A stretch of 63,996 nucleotides of DNA, counting the filler, from Guillardia theta CCMP2712 (lineage: Eukaryota > Protista > Cryptophyta), in NCBI RefSeq assembly GCF_000315625.1. It is 8 parts of 8 records of this genome, joined end to end, with 100 filler letters (N's around TTAATTAATTAA, not from the genome) between each part and the next. Parts side by side here need not be neighbours in the genome. Positions count along the whole stretch, not along the records: positions 17,059 to 44,570 come from NW_005434653.1; 7 more parts are not named here. One strand, written 5' to 3'. The translations under genes and the position numbers were made by a program. Each line of letters begins with the position of its first letter. Position 1 is the first letter of the stretch. Of this stretch, positions 30,257 to 41,449 are shown in pieces. The notes beneath the pieces are model-generated. The model was given only the letters and a program-made list of their open reading frames with translations. It was not told the origin of the DNA and ran no database searches.

Positions 30257-31759
30257 TTATGAGGAGGCAGCGGGAGCTCCTCCGCTCGTGGCGGCTTGAG
30301 CGGCCTTCTCAGCCTCGATGCTCGACACAAAAGCATCCACCTCTTCATCGCTCCAGATCTTGAGAGGCTCGTTCATCCTCATGGTCGCGATCTCAATATT
30401 CCTTCCCCCGCTCTCAACCACCTCCAACAGCGCCTTCACCGCCAGCTTCTTGCACTCCTCGTCCGATGCGGCGAGCTCATCCGTATAATTCTTTTCCAGG
30501 TATTCGCGCACAGTTTTAGAATTCTTGCCAATGGCATTCGCTTTCCAAGCGTAGAAGGTCCCAGACGGTTCAGTTTGGTAGAGTGAGAGGCCATTTCGAT
30601 CGTATCCACAAATAAGAGTTGAGATCCCAAAAGGACGCATACCTCCGCTCTGCGTGTACTTCTGCTGAATTCCCGCTAGATAACGAGTGATGTACGCCAC
30701 TGAGACCGGATCTTCCATGGTGAGCTTGAAGCTCTGGCACTCCACCCTTGTGCGGTTCACCAGAACTCTTGCATCGGCAGTGAGTCCCGCGAAAGCCAAG
30801 CAGACATGGTCGTCCAATACATGGATCTTTCTTACAGTACGAGGTTCCTGCAGGTTTTGCCGAATCATGACAATTCATAGCAGATAAACCCAACCCACCT
30901 GAAGCTTCGCGGTGGATTTCTTCTCCACCCCAACTACAATAATGTTATCCCCTGTGAAACATTGTCAGACAACTGCGCATCACCCATCAAGATAACAGAC
31001 AATCATCGACTCACCCTTGACTGCCACGGCAGTCGTGCCTCGTCGCACAGCCTCGAGCGCATATTCAACCTGAACGATTCAGTCACGTCGGTTCAGCAGC
31101 ATCTTGTTAAAAGAAATGATGATTTTCTTGATGATGATATTGAACTCTTATAACGAGACCCGAACAAGAAAATTAAGTTGCACGCCATGAGCACTTGTGA
31201 AAAACACTGAACTATCCTCAGAAAACACTGGAATACCACCCGCACTGAGCTAAAATTCCATGTGTAATGAGGTGAAGTTTGAGAATCAGGATAGCAAGCA
31301 GTGAAGTTTGAGAATCAGGATGGCAAGCAATGATTATTGCTGATCACGCGAAACCAAATCAATCGGGGATTCTTCTTGTGTACGATTCAGCCAAGAAGAT
31401 TTTATGGAGACACAGCGAACAAGAAAGAACAGGCATTGTCCTCCTCATGTAGAATGGATACGGCCAACCACAACCATAAAATCCAACCTCCAACTTATGG
31501 CATACTTGATCCTTTCATCAATTTTGATCATACAAGCAACCTCAACGGTAACCTTCCATGCATCACTATTCCTCTCTTCCAGCTATCGCTTCCTTTTTCT
31601 TCCCTCTCCTCTCCCTATGTTACTTCATCATCTCTCAACTCTGTCACTTCACAGTCTCTCTGAATCTCTGTCAGTGCACTGCACGCTGATCGAATGTACC
31701 TGGAACAAGTGTCCATCGGGTGAGAACACCGTAATCGCGCGATCATAGCGGCTCGACAT
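30257..31759 (-). CDS. PSMA7: 20S proteasome subunit alpha type-7 (alpha4), 4 exons
   Basis: [20 protein letters not shown]|[19 protein letters not shown]|[17 protein letters not shown]|...[34 protein letters not shown]. Confidence 0.97.
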
Positions 31760-32272
31760 GGCGGGAGGACACCGTGTCCTCTCACGAGGCCCTCATCCCC
31801 ACGTCAACCCCTGCGTTGACTGAGACACCGAGCCTGCAGCCGAGCCTGCCTGGAGCCTGCCTCCTCAGCACGGTCACTGAGTGCGGGCCGGCCGCGCCCG
31901 GGGGGCCGGGCCGGTGGACGGTGAGTCCGTCAGACCGGGTCACATCCCCCGGCCGCGCCCGGGCGGCGGCCCGGCGCTGCCCATGACGGACCACCCACCC
32001 CATTCAACCCCCAAACATTATTGGGGTTGAATGGGGTGCCGCCGGCTCAGTGGTCAGTCCGATCGTTGCCACGGTCCGATCTGACGGACCGTCCGACGGT
32101 CACCCGGTACAGTACGGTACCGGCGTCTCAGTAGTCCTGGGCCGGGGGGTGCAGTAGCGGCAGGCCCTCCTGCTTCTAGGAGGGAGGGGTGGGGGCCGGG
32201 GGTAGAGCTTGGGAGTACCTACCGGTAGATGTCTTTCAATAGTGACTCTTCGGACGCGCCTCCTCATCCACC

Positions 32273-34057
32273 ATGCAGGCGAGGCAGCCGCTGCTTCCTT
32301 CGCGCAATGCCGCCCGCCGCCCTGGTGTCATGGCATTTGTTCCGGCTGCTCTTGCAGCGTGTGCTGCGCTCCTGCTCCTTGCGGTGTCTTTGACAGCCTT
32401 CAACGCAGAAAGTCAGCCCGACGAGAGGCTGCAGGAAAATCCCCCCACGTTGTACTATGTTCCTGTCAAGACCTCCAGGCCATGGAAGAAGCAGCAACAG
32501 CTCGTGTACTACTACCTACCTCAGTCTTCGCATGGGCTCAGCATGCTCAATGGCAGCGCAGCAGGCGGAAACTCCTCTGCCGGAGGTCAGAACTCAAGCA
32601 GCGCCAGCGGCGGCTCAAATGATTTCGTCTGCTCCGTCGCGAACATTAAGGCCCTGCACGCGGCAGTGCAGCCCAAGTGGGACGCCTGCAAGTCTAATCC
32701 CAACTACGAGGAGCCAAACAAGGGCGCGAAGAGAAGGTGGGCGATGCCTGGCAGGGTTGGCAGGTGACCTGCGTGCAGGTTGTTGGAGTGGGTCTGGGAA
32801 CCAAAGGCAGGCGAGAGAATGACAGCCAAACCGAGGTACTCTCCAGATCACTACAGACTTGCAATCAAGGCCGATAGGAGCAGGTATCGAGCCGATTGTG
32901 CGTTGAAGGAGCAAGACTGATGTTTTTCTGTAGGCGACATGCCGCAAAGCAATCCGATACCTCATCAGAACTTGGCAGGTACTCATGGTGAACACTTGTT
33001 TTAAGGTTGTTGAAATGCTATTACCAGCTACATTAGTTTGTTCTCAAGCTTGGCTGGCAACTCAAGCAACTCCTCTGCTTCGCAGGGCTCTGCTAACGCA
33101 GGCTCTGCAAGTATGTCATCTTGCGAGAAGAATGCACTCTCGGGAGCTTGCGAGAAGTTGGCCGCGTGCAAAGATCCTGTGTGCTTCAGCTATTACAACG
33201 AACCTGAGATCGAGCAGCTCTGTGGAATGTGCAGCATGGGAAGTCAAGCTTGGTTTGGTTGCTTCGCTGAAGACTCCAAGGTGACGTTGAAGTCCAGGAG
33301 GGTTGCAAACTGATTGTACGCCACCAGGTTTCTGTAGAGGGCAAGGGAAGTGTCGCGATCAATGAGATTCAGATCGGAGACATGGTTCTCTCTGCTGATG
33401 CCTCTGGAGCTCCCCAGCACTCTCGAGTCATCTTCAAGCATGACCACAAGGATGTCTCGTCTGTCATCAGCATCTCCTATGAAGACAGGACTCTTCGCCT
33501 CACGCCTACTCACTTGATCCCCAAGTATTCGGACAAGTGTGGAGACAGGTGGACGACTGGTTGAACTTGCAGATTTCTTCACTGACACTTGAGACAGTTT
33601 CTGCCATCTTGCCAAGAATGTTCCTGCCAGCTCAATCCAAGCTGGAGACAGGATCTACGTGCACTCTGGTGAAGGATTCCAGGCTAAGGCATGAATTACA
33701 GCATTGTTCTTCATTCCATGACGAACTTTTTTGCAGATTGTCTCTGCTGTCTCCAAGTCAGCTGCCAAAGTGAGGTACCTGCTCACGGAGAACGACAGGA
33801 TCGTAGTGGATGGAATTTTGGCCAGCGTTTTTTCCACGGCTGCGGAGAAGTTTGAGACGCTGCCGTTCCATCTGCTCGACCGATTCCTCCCAGGAGTGCT
33901 TCAGAGCAAAGCTGTCGCAGCAACCTTGGAAACTATTCTTGAGTCGCCAATCCTTCAAGGCTTCGAAACTATTGTGAACTCTCTCTCTACTTTGGCTGTT
34001 CCTCGCAACGCCAACAGCAACGCTCTATTGGCCGCTACTCCTTTTAAGTCCTTGTAG
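32273..34057 (+). CDS. Hog-domain (Hint + SRR-like) autoprocessing protein with Cys-rich ectodomain, paralogue 1
   Basis: WFG/CFAEDSK (Cys codon 33260-33262), IQIGDMVLS, RVIFKHDH, LRLTPTHLI, IQAGDRIYV, LLTENDRIVVDGILASVFS, LPFHLL; N-terminal signal anchor. Confidence 0.88.
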
Positions 34058-34250
34058 ATGTTCTTCTGCCTATTATTGCCATGACGACATGTATGGCAAA
34101 CGCGGACAAGTTTCAATCGTGTGGCAATAAACTTGGATAGATGACGGAGTCTTCGAAGTTGATCAGACACGAAGTTTAATACAGATGTGCTGAGTCATCC
34201 TCGTTCCTACTCTGAGGGGCTAACAAAGCTGAGAGACTTGCCTGAAGGAT

Positions 34251-36170
34251 TTACTGAGAGAGGTGGCTGACGTGAACGAGAGGGTTGCTCTTGGGGGCAG
34301 CCATAGAGGGCAAGTTAGCAACGGCGTTGAGGGCAAACTCGAAGTTTCTCAAAGCAGGAGATTCCAAGATGATCCTGAGGGAGGTAGCGACTGGGTCCCA
34401 CTGCAGCACGCCCTTGACCATCTTGTCGACAAGGCGGAATGGAAGAGTCTCAAGGGTCTTGGCGGCCGTTGAGTAGACAGAAGCCACAACCCCGTTGACA
34501 ACGATGCTGTCGTTCTCGGTGAGAACGTAGCGAACTAGTGAGATTCCTCTCGACACTGCCTGAACGGACTGATGACCAAAGTCAGGTTGCAAGACATGTG
34601 TCGATGTACATGTAGAACATACCACAACGTGGGATGCACGCTCCTTGGCAACGTAGATCTTGTCCCCAACCTTGACATTCTTTGCAGCAATGAGCTCGGC
34701 AGCATCACAGTACCTTGAGAGAGAGAGCAAGTCAGTGCACACAAGCCTCCAAGGCAACAACTGCTCACCTGTCACCGCAGGCCTCGGAGTGCATCGGAAC
34801 CATGTGCTCGGTGGTGAGCTCCATGGTGTCATGACCGTGAGAGATGCGGACGGTTGCGGAAACTTCCTTGTGATCGTGGACAAAGATGACACGGGACGAC
34901 ACGATCTTGCCCTCAGATGAAACCGACTGGACAGCATCTCCCACAGCCACCTCCTTCAGCAGCCTCGCGCTGCCGTCGGCCATGGACACGACAGAATCCT
35001 GAGCAAAGCAACCCCAGCCTGCAGCAGCCATGCCGCACATACCGCAAAGAGCCTCGATCTCAGGCTCGTTGTAGTAGCTGCTGCACACAGGGTTGGCACA
35101 GGAAGAGATCTTGGCACAGGCCTCGCCGACAGCCTGGATCTCGCACTCAGAGAGAGATGGTCCGCTAGGTGCCGCGGTAGCATTTGCGCTGGTGGCATTG
35201 TCGGCCGCAAGAGAAGGGAAGGAGCGGTGCAAAGCAGCAGCTCTAGTCTGAGTCTTGGCCCTCATAGCAATGACCTTGTGGTACATCCTACTTGAGCATG
35301 AGCAGTTGTTGCAGGAGTCTTCTCTCCCATCACTCACCTTCGCGCTCCCTCCTCCAGGTGCATTCTGTAGTAGCTAGGGCGATGTTGAGGCTTGACAGTC
35401 TTCTGCTCTCCTTCCTTGGGCTCCCACACCCACTCCAACAATCTGCGACTCTAGTCAATATTCTTATCCATCGAATAGACCATAAAAACCTCAGGATATC
35501 GATCTACAACTGAGACCATCCTGATCACAGCACAAGTTGCAAGAAAGATTACATGGCAAGAAGTTCAAACATATAATTGAACTCAAAACAATCCCAGCAA
35601 AAACAAAAACAACACGAGCAAAGATTAAGCGAAGACCCTAAGTCGAGCACGGCTAACCAGATGAAATTACCTTCGCTTGGCATCCTTGTTCGGAACAACG
35701 TAGTTGGGGTTACTCTTGCACTTGTCCCACTTCGGCTGAGCCTCAGCATGCAGAGCCATGATGTTCTGCACTGTGCATACGAAGCTGGGTGCAGCAGCAG
35801 CAGTGCTGTTGCCACTAGTGGCATTGTCCCCTGCAAGCATCTGCTGCGGCATGTAGTAGTAGACAACAGGCTGCTGCTGAACGGCCTTGGCAACACGAGA
35901 CTGAGCACCTCCTACAAACCTCGATCCTGCCGGGATAGCGTTGACGGGAACGTAGTAGAGGGTTGGCGCCTGTCCTCCCTGCGCCTGCATGGCCTGAGCC
36001 TGTGCTAACGAGATTCCCACACCTGAGGGTGGAGACCTGACTGCCGTGTACACCAGAAGGACTGCAAGGGAAGAAGCCAAGATGGCTGCTGCTGCTGGCA
36101 GGATTCTGTACGAAGTCTGTCGTGTCGATCCGCGCGCCATAAGCGGCAGCTGCTCCAGCGTCGCTGCCAT
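34251..36170 (-). CDS. Hog-domain (Hint + SRR-like) autoprocessing protein with Cys-rich ectodomain, paralogue 2
   Basis: GWG/CFAQDSVV (Cys codon 35008-35010), VAVGDAVQS, RVIFVHDH, MELTTEHMV, VKVGDKIYV, VLTENDSIVVNGVVASVYS, LPFRLV; collinear with paralogue 1. Confidence 0.88.
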
Positions 36171-37149
36171 GCCGTCGAAGAGCCGTTCGATCCCGGCGTC
36201 CCTTCGACTCACAGACCCCCACCCCTACTGGTATTGACCCACAGCAACTGTGTACCCCTCATCCCTAATATACACCCCTCCAATATCCTTAAATCAACTC
36301 TTCTTTCACCCCGTGCTTGATGAGCGACATAATATCCACCCCACCCTCTGGCTGCATCCAACCTCCAAGGGGAGGTGTCATGCATAAGGGTAGTAAGGGG
36401 GGGGTTGATTACGCATCCGAACAGGGGTGGCAGCCCCTCCAAGAGTGACGGCACTTCTTGTTTATCTAGAAAAGGTGGGTGGGGTCATGGAGCAATGAAA
36501 GCGATAGCGGAGAGAAGGGGGTAGTCTGAGAGAGAGATTGAGGGGTGGGTGGTGGTACGATCAAGGTCAATAATGACTGAGTAGTCACTGGAGTCTCCCC
36601 CGAGCCGCCGCAGTGAGCCGGGCCGGCGCCCGGCCCGGCCCGGCTGCCGCCCGTCTGGCAGAGTCTCAGTTATTCAAGTTAGACGGGCAGTAATCACGGA
36701 ATCATGAACTTCGGACCGTACTACTGTGACGGTAGTTAAAGATCAGTACGAGGACAATCAGGTAGTAGTACACGGTTGATCAATAGTACCGTAGTACTGA
36801 GCACATCCGATGACTGTGCCAGTCCCCCGGGTCTATCGTACACAAAACGGTACGGTATCATGGGCCGATCATTAGGCTGCGACGGTATCAGAATTGGTTT
36901 ACTTTGGACTCCATTATGCAAAAGATGACCGACCCCTTCCGCACTCCATCAAGAGAGAGAATGCTGAAGGCACCAAGGTGTCAGGCATTCGACACTTGAA
37001 GCATGAAAACGGGAAGGAAACTTACGCCATGGGAGGCAGAAATCTTTCCTGGCATGCTATTCTAAGTCTGCGTTCATCCAACGGGGCATGCACGTTACAG
37101 GTTTACAGAAGCGAGGCACGTTTCACCTCAATTTCTTCTTGAGTTGAGC

Positions 37150-38466
37150 GGATTGTCTGATCTGCTCAAGCAATCAGTCCTTGAGTACAAGCCAAAAAGC
37201 CTTGTCACAGGACTTGCTCCTTACCATGTTTATCGCCTCTTCTGCTGTTGTACCTTCTTCAATCTGGATCTCCATGTCGCTGACAATGATCATGGCGCCA
37301 AGAAGCAAGGGATCAATTTAAATCAGATTTCGAGTTCTCGCAATAGAACCTGCATTACCTGTATTTATTGTTATATTCAAAGTAAACCTGTCGTTGCAGA
37401 CAATGATCCATATCAGCGACTCGCTGCAGTGCTCAAGCAAGAGCTTGCCTTATTGTCGTTCTCATATCGAGATGCGAAGATCACTCGTATCTTAGCGGGA
37501 AATGAAGGTTCATTGCTTTCCTGGACATCAAATCACACCAGACTTCCACAGATCGAATGTATGAGTCTGAGAGACTTTCATAACTGTGCTTTACCGCTTC
37601 TCGCATGCTCGCTTGAATTGCTTGTTCCAAGAATCTTTGTTCTGCTCTCTCCCACGAAGACATCGCTTTGTTCTATGCAGAAGTCAACGAAAAATTGCCT
37701 TTTGAATGTGCGTCGAACAGACCTCCATTTCGCTTTCTTGCACTCCAGACGATCTATGACACGTGAACAAGACAAGCACGTTAGGGTTAAAGTAGGCTGC
37801 TGCAGATTGCCAGACCTCGACGATGTTATCTTCTTGCTGCCCTTGACTCCTTTCTTGATACCTTTGCTCATCCCTTCCCTTGTACTATTGCTGCTTGCTG
37901 TGTTGTCCATATCACCTTTTATCTCTTTGTCCAGGAACGAGGCCGAAGAATCTGTTGCAGTGTCAATGTGCGAATTTTCACTAAATTCCGAGCTGACTGC
38001 ACCCGCCCTCTGTCTGAACCGGCATTTCTGCCATGTCTCTGTCTACTTGGCTTACCTCTGCATGTCATTTGAATACTCTCGAAAACTACACTATCCTCAT
38101 GAAAGGGGAGGGGATACATTTTGCCTGATTTGGTCAGAGAAACAAGAGGAAAAGGGGGAGTGAGGAGGAGGCGGCACAGCATGTCAGACAGCAAGAAAAT
38201 GCCAACGGAACAATCAGGGTGTAGCGAAGGCCCTTTGTTCTCTCCCCATCAAACTTGCAACTTATCCTACCGGAATTCCCTACCAACCTTGCAATCGACC
38301 TGCTTTCCCGATAGTCCTGCCCTCTGCTCCTGATCCTCAAAATCCTCTTCATCTCGGTCCGCCTTGCTTATGTTCTTGCTTGCTGGAACATTCACTTGAT
38401 CTCAGTTTCCTTGGCTTTCCCAAGTTTCTTCCTCCCCGGCCTCTACCGACCTCGTTTCTTCACCAT
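37150..38466 (-). CDS. Hypothetical K/E-rich protein with a UIM-like motif, multi-exon (boundaries approximate)
   Basis: Minus-strand exon-like ORFs (EDFEDQEQ.., SKGIKKGVKGSKK.., EQRFLEQAIQASMRE); basic N-terminus MVKKRG. Confidence 0.4.
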
Positions 38467-39403
38467 GCTTCTCTCCGTCGAATGCTACAAATGCGCCTCA
38501 GAACCTGCTCAGACTCTGCCAGCACGGTTGGCTCGGCTCGGGCGGCGGGGCGCCCCGGTCCGACGGGGGCCCGGGCCCCCGGGGGTGCCAGAACGGGCCC
38601 GGTCGCCCTGCCGAACCGTTCGGAACGGTGACGTGACCGTACCGGCCCCGGGCAGCGGCGTCAGTGAACGTCGACCACCGTTACTCGGAGTCAGTCCGAT
38701 CATCGGATCACTGCCGTGACTTGACAGTGAACTTAACGTCACTGACGTGACTCTGTACGGTCGCCGATCGGACCGTGGACGGTACCCGGCCGTCCGATCC
38801 CTAGTCCGGCGGCCCGCGGCGCCGGGCGGACAGGCCGGGAGTCTGTGCCAACTCCGCGCGGCCGCGTCGCCGCCCCGGCGGCGCCGGCGAAAACTCGGCG
38901 GCGGCGCGGCCCGGGCCCGATGACGATCGGCGGCCCGGCAGCCTGCTGCCCCCGACACCGCCGATGATGTAGTATTCGACCTTTTACTCCGAGTCCGACA
39001 CTGTCAAAGTCCTACTACCCCCCCCCCCAGGGCCGGCGTGCCCGGCTGGAGTATCATGACTAGTCAAGTTACTCCCGGAGTCCGGCAGGGCCGGCGTGGG
39101 CCCTGGAGTACACTAGTCAAGTGAAGTCTCCTTTACTCAAAGTTAAGTGAAAAAGTTAAGAAGTCGTTTTAAATAGACCGTCTTACATGTGACCACGTAT
39201 ATCTTTTATAAAATACTTGAAACAGTCGGAGTACCTCGTGACCACTGTTCCCGCCCCCCTTCAAGTTAAAGGGAGCGTGATGCGAATTCCTCGGGAAGCA
39301 GGCTCTGACAGTACAGATGAAAGTTTCCCCTGCTCCCTCTCGTCCTCCATCTCGTCCCTTCTCTTGCACCCATTCTCCCCTCTCCCTCCCCATTTCTCCT
39401 CCC

Positions 39404-40861
39404 ACCGTCCCTCGCTCCAAGCAGCTCGCCGCACTCGCCACCTCTACCCGCCTCATCCTCCAGAAGGCAACTATCGTATCTGCCATAGGGGAGGAGCTGC
39501 AACTCTGAAGTTCCGGACCACAATCAGTGACGAGGAAGAGATCATGTGAAGAGTCAGGGTGGCAATGTACGAGAAGCTACACCAGGTTGAGTGTAAGAGT
39601 ATGATGATGCATGCTGGAATAATATTAGATGCATGTAGCTGTTGTATAGTATAAGTGCGAATAAATGAATGCTTATGGCACATGTTTTCCAGCACTTTCA
39701 AGGTAAAGGATGGGACAACGACAAAACTTCATAGGGCGTGGGCGACAAGCGCTGATTGTACCCATCAACATGCTCAAGCTGGACCTTCCAGTCTCATGCA
39801 AAGAGAGAACAGAGTAGGAGGGTTGCGATTAGTTTTGTTGGCCGCAAGTCAGAAGCAAAGTCAAGAGTCAGGGTGTCAGGAGAGGAAAGGGGTTACATCA
39901 AAGGCTGCAGCAAGCAGACAGGCAGGATCGTCGCAATGCGGACATCTCATGAGTAACTGCCCTCAGTATTGTATTGTCCTCTCGTCAGAAAGGTGCACTT
40001 GCAAACTCCGCTTGGAACAACAGCTGAATCTACGTGAATGGAGTGCCCCTGCCTGAGGGATTGTTCTGATCAGCGGCTCGCGGTGGCTCCTGCCCCTTTC
40101 AGTTTTTGTTCGAGGTGATGACGATGGCAGTGAGTGTAAACCTTGAAGCGGCAAACAAGTGATCGGTGCAAACAAATGATGGGACGATCTAAGTGAAGGT
40201 ATCTCCTCGTACTGATTTTAACTTAACTTTGAGTAAACATAGCATGGTGTGTCCACTGGCGCATCCCACCAGGACTCTGTCGGGACTGCAGTCGCAATCG
40301 ATTCAGTTTGGGGGGGAGCGTGTATCGAAAGCACGTCTTTTCCAAACACCACCGTTTGTTCCCTGTAGTAAAAAGCGATTGACTGGCATCCCAGAGCTCC
40401 GATCACGTGGGCTAATGGTTTTAACGAACCACTGCCCGCCCACCCTCCCTTCCACCCCTTTTCCCTGCGCACACCCTTTATCTTCCTCTGCACACACTAC
40501 AATCTGCCTCCTTCGTCCTTGTGCTTGCCTCTTCCATCCATTCCCGCTTATAAGTTCCCCATGCCCTCATCCCCTTGGCGCTGAATCCAACTGTCCCTTC
40601 CTCGCTTCCCAAAGCCTGGGATAAAACTATCCCAGAGTCCACCTACATCCCCTCCATGCAGCTTCCTCCTTCTCCTCCTTCTGTGTACCTCCGTGACCCT
40701 ATCCGCCCTAACTGCTCCTGCACCTCCATCCCGCCCCTCGCCCCTCTCCCTCCAACCGTCCCTCGCTCCAAGCAGCTCGCCGCACTCGCCGCCTCTACCC
40801 GCCTTATCCTGCAAAAGGCAACTATCGTATCTGCCATAGGGGAGGAGCTGCAACTCTGAAG
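39404..40861 (+). repeat. 107-bp direct repeat pair (39404-39510 and 40755-40861)
   Basis: Aligned by eye: 4 mismatches in 107 bp. Confidence 0.9.
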
Positions 40862-41449
40862 ATTTCAGTCTTACTGGGCCAGGACGGATCTCGAGTTTAG
40901 TCGATTGGGAGGAGGACGATCAGATCAATCTCTTTTAAGGATGTTTTGGTTCTCTGCATAAATAAAAGTGTGAGCAAACTTCAAAATGGCGGTGCCTCCA
41001 ATACGAATGTAACTTGGAAAAGGACCTGCGAGCTTACGGAATCGTTTTCTGCTCACCACAGTCGCCTACGCAAGCTCACCCTCAGCTGAGGACGAGCTAA
41101 CTAACCCAACTGAACTTCCGAAGTTCAGAAGCGCATGATAATCGGAGAAAGCATTACCAGCGTGATTGTATTTTGTAGTTGATTCATGCGGAGATGCTGA
41201 AAGTCGCTCAACATTATCGGAATCGATAGAGCCTGGCCCGGAGTCACTGACAGTGAGTACTAGCGCTGCCAGAGAGTACTATCAGTCCCTTTACTCACGG
41301 AATTCATCATCATCTGCAGGGCTGAATTCATGAATCAGGGGAATGATACCCACTTTGAAGCATTCACTATCAGCGGTGGCAGCGATCCAGGTATCAGCTA
41401 ACTACAGTCTTGGTAGAGGTCCTTCAGGACTTTTGTCTCTTTCTTGCTG

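Noticed and set aside
31070-31699. Possible intronic box C/D snoRNA in the long PSMA7 intron (also a 29-bp tandem duplication at ~31272-31330)
   Set aside because: A C-box-like ATGATGA is present on the gene strand, but no suitably spaced D box or terminal stem was found.
33260-35010. Hint domains as true inteins
   Set aside because: No C-terminal His-Asn followed by Cys/Ser/Thr, no homing endonuclease and no split host protein; the architecture is Hog-type.
26364-36170. PAQR + thioredoxin-like + Hog genes as a functional lipid-signalling cluster
   Set aside because: Interrupted by housekeeping PSMA7; adjacency in a gene-dense eukaryote is not evidence without conserved synteny.
37144-38163. 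339-aa plus-strand ORF
   Set aside because: Non-ATG start, no motif, and composition typical of the antisense of K/E-rich minus-strand exons.
38380-38958. Arg/Pro/Gly-rich ORFs in GC islands (also ~16000, 25000, 59000)
   Set aside because: Stop-poor because of high GC; no domain signal or consistent splice structure.
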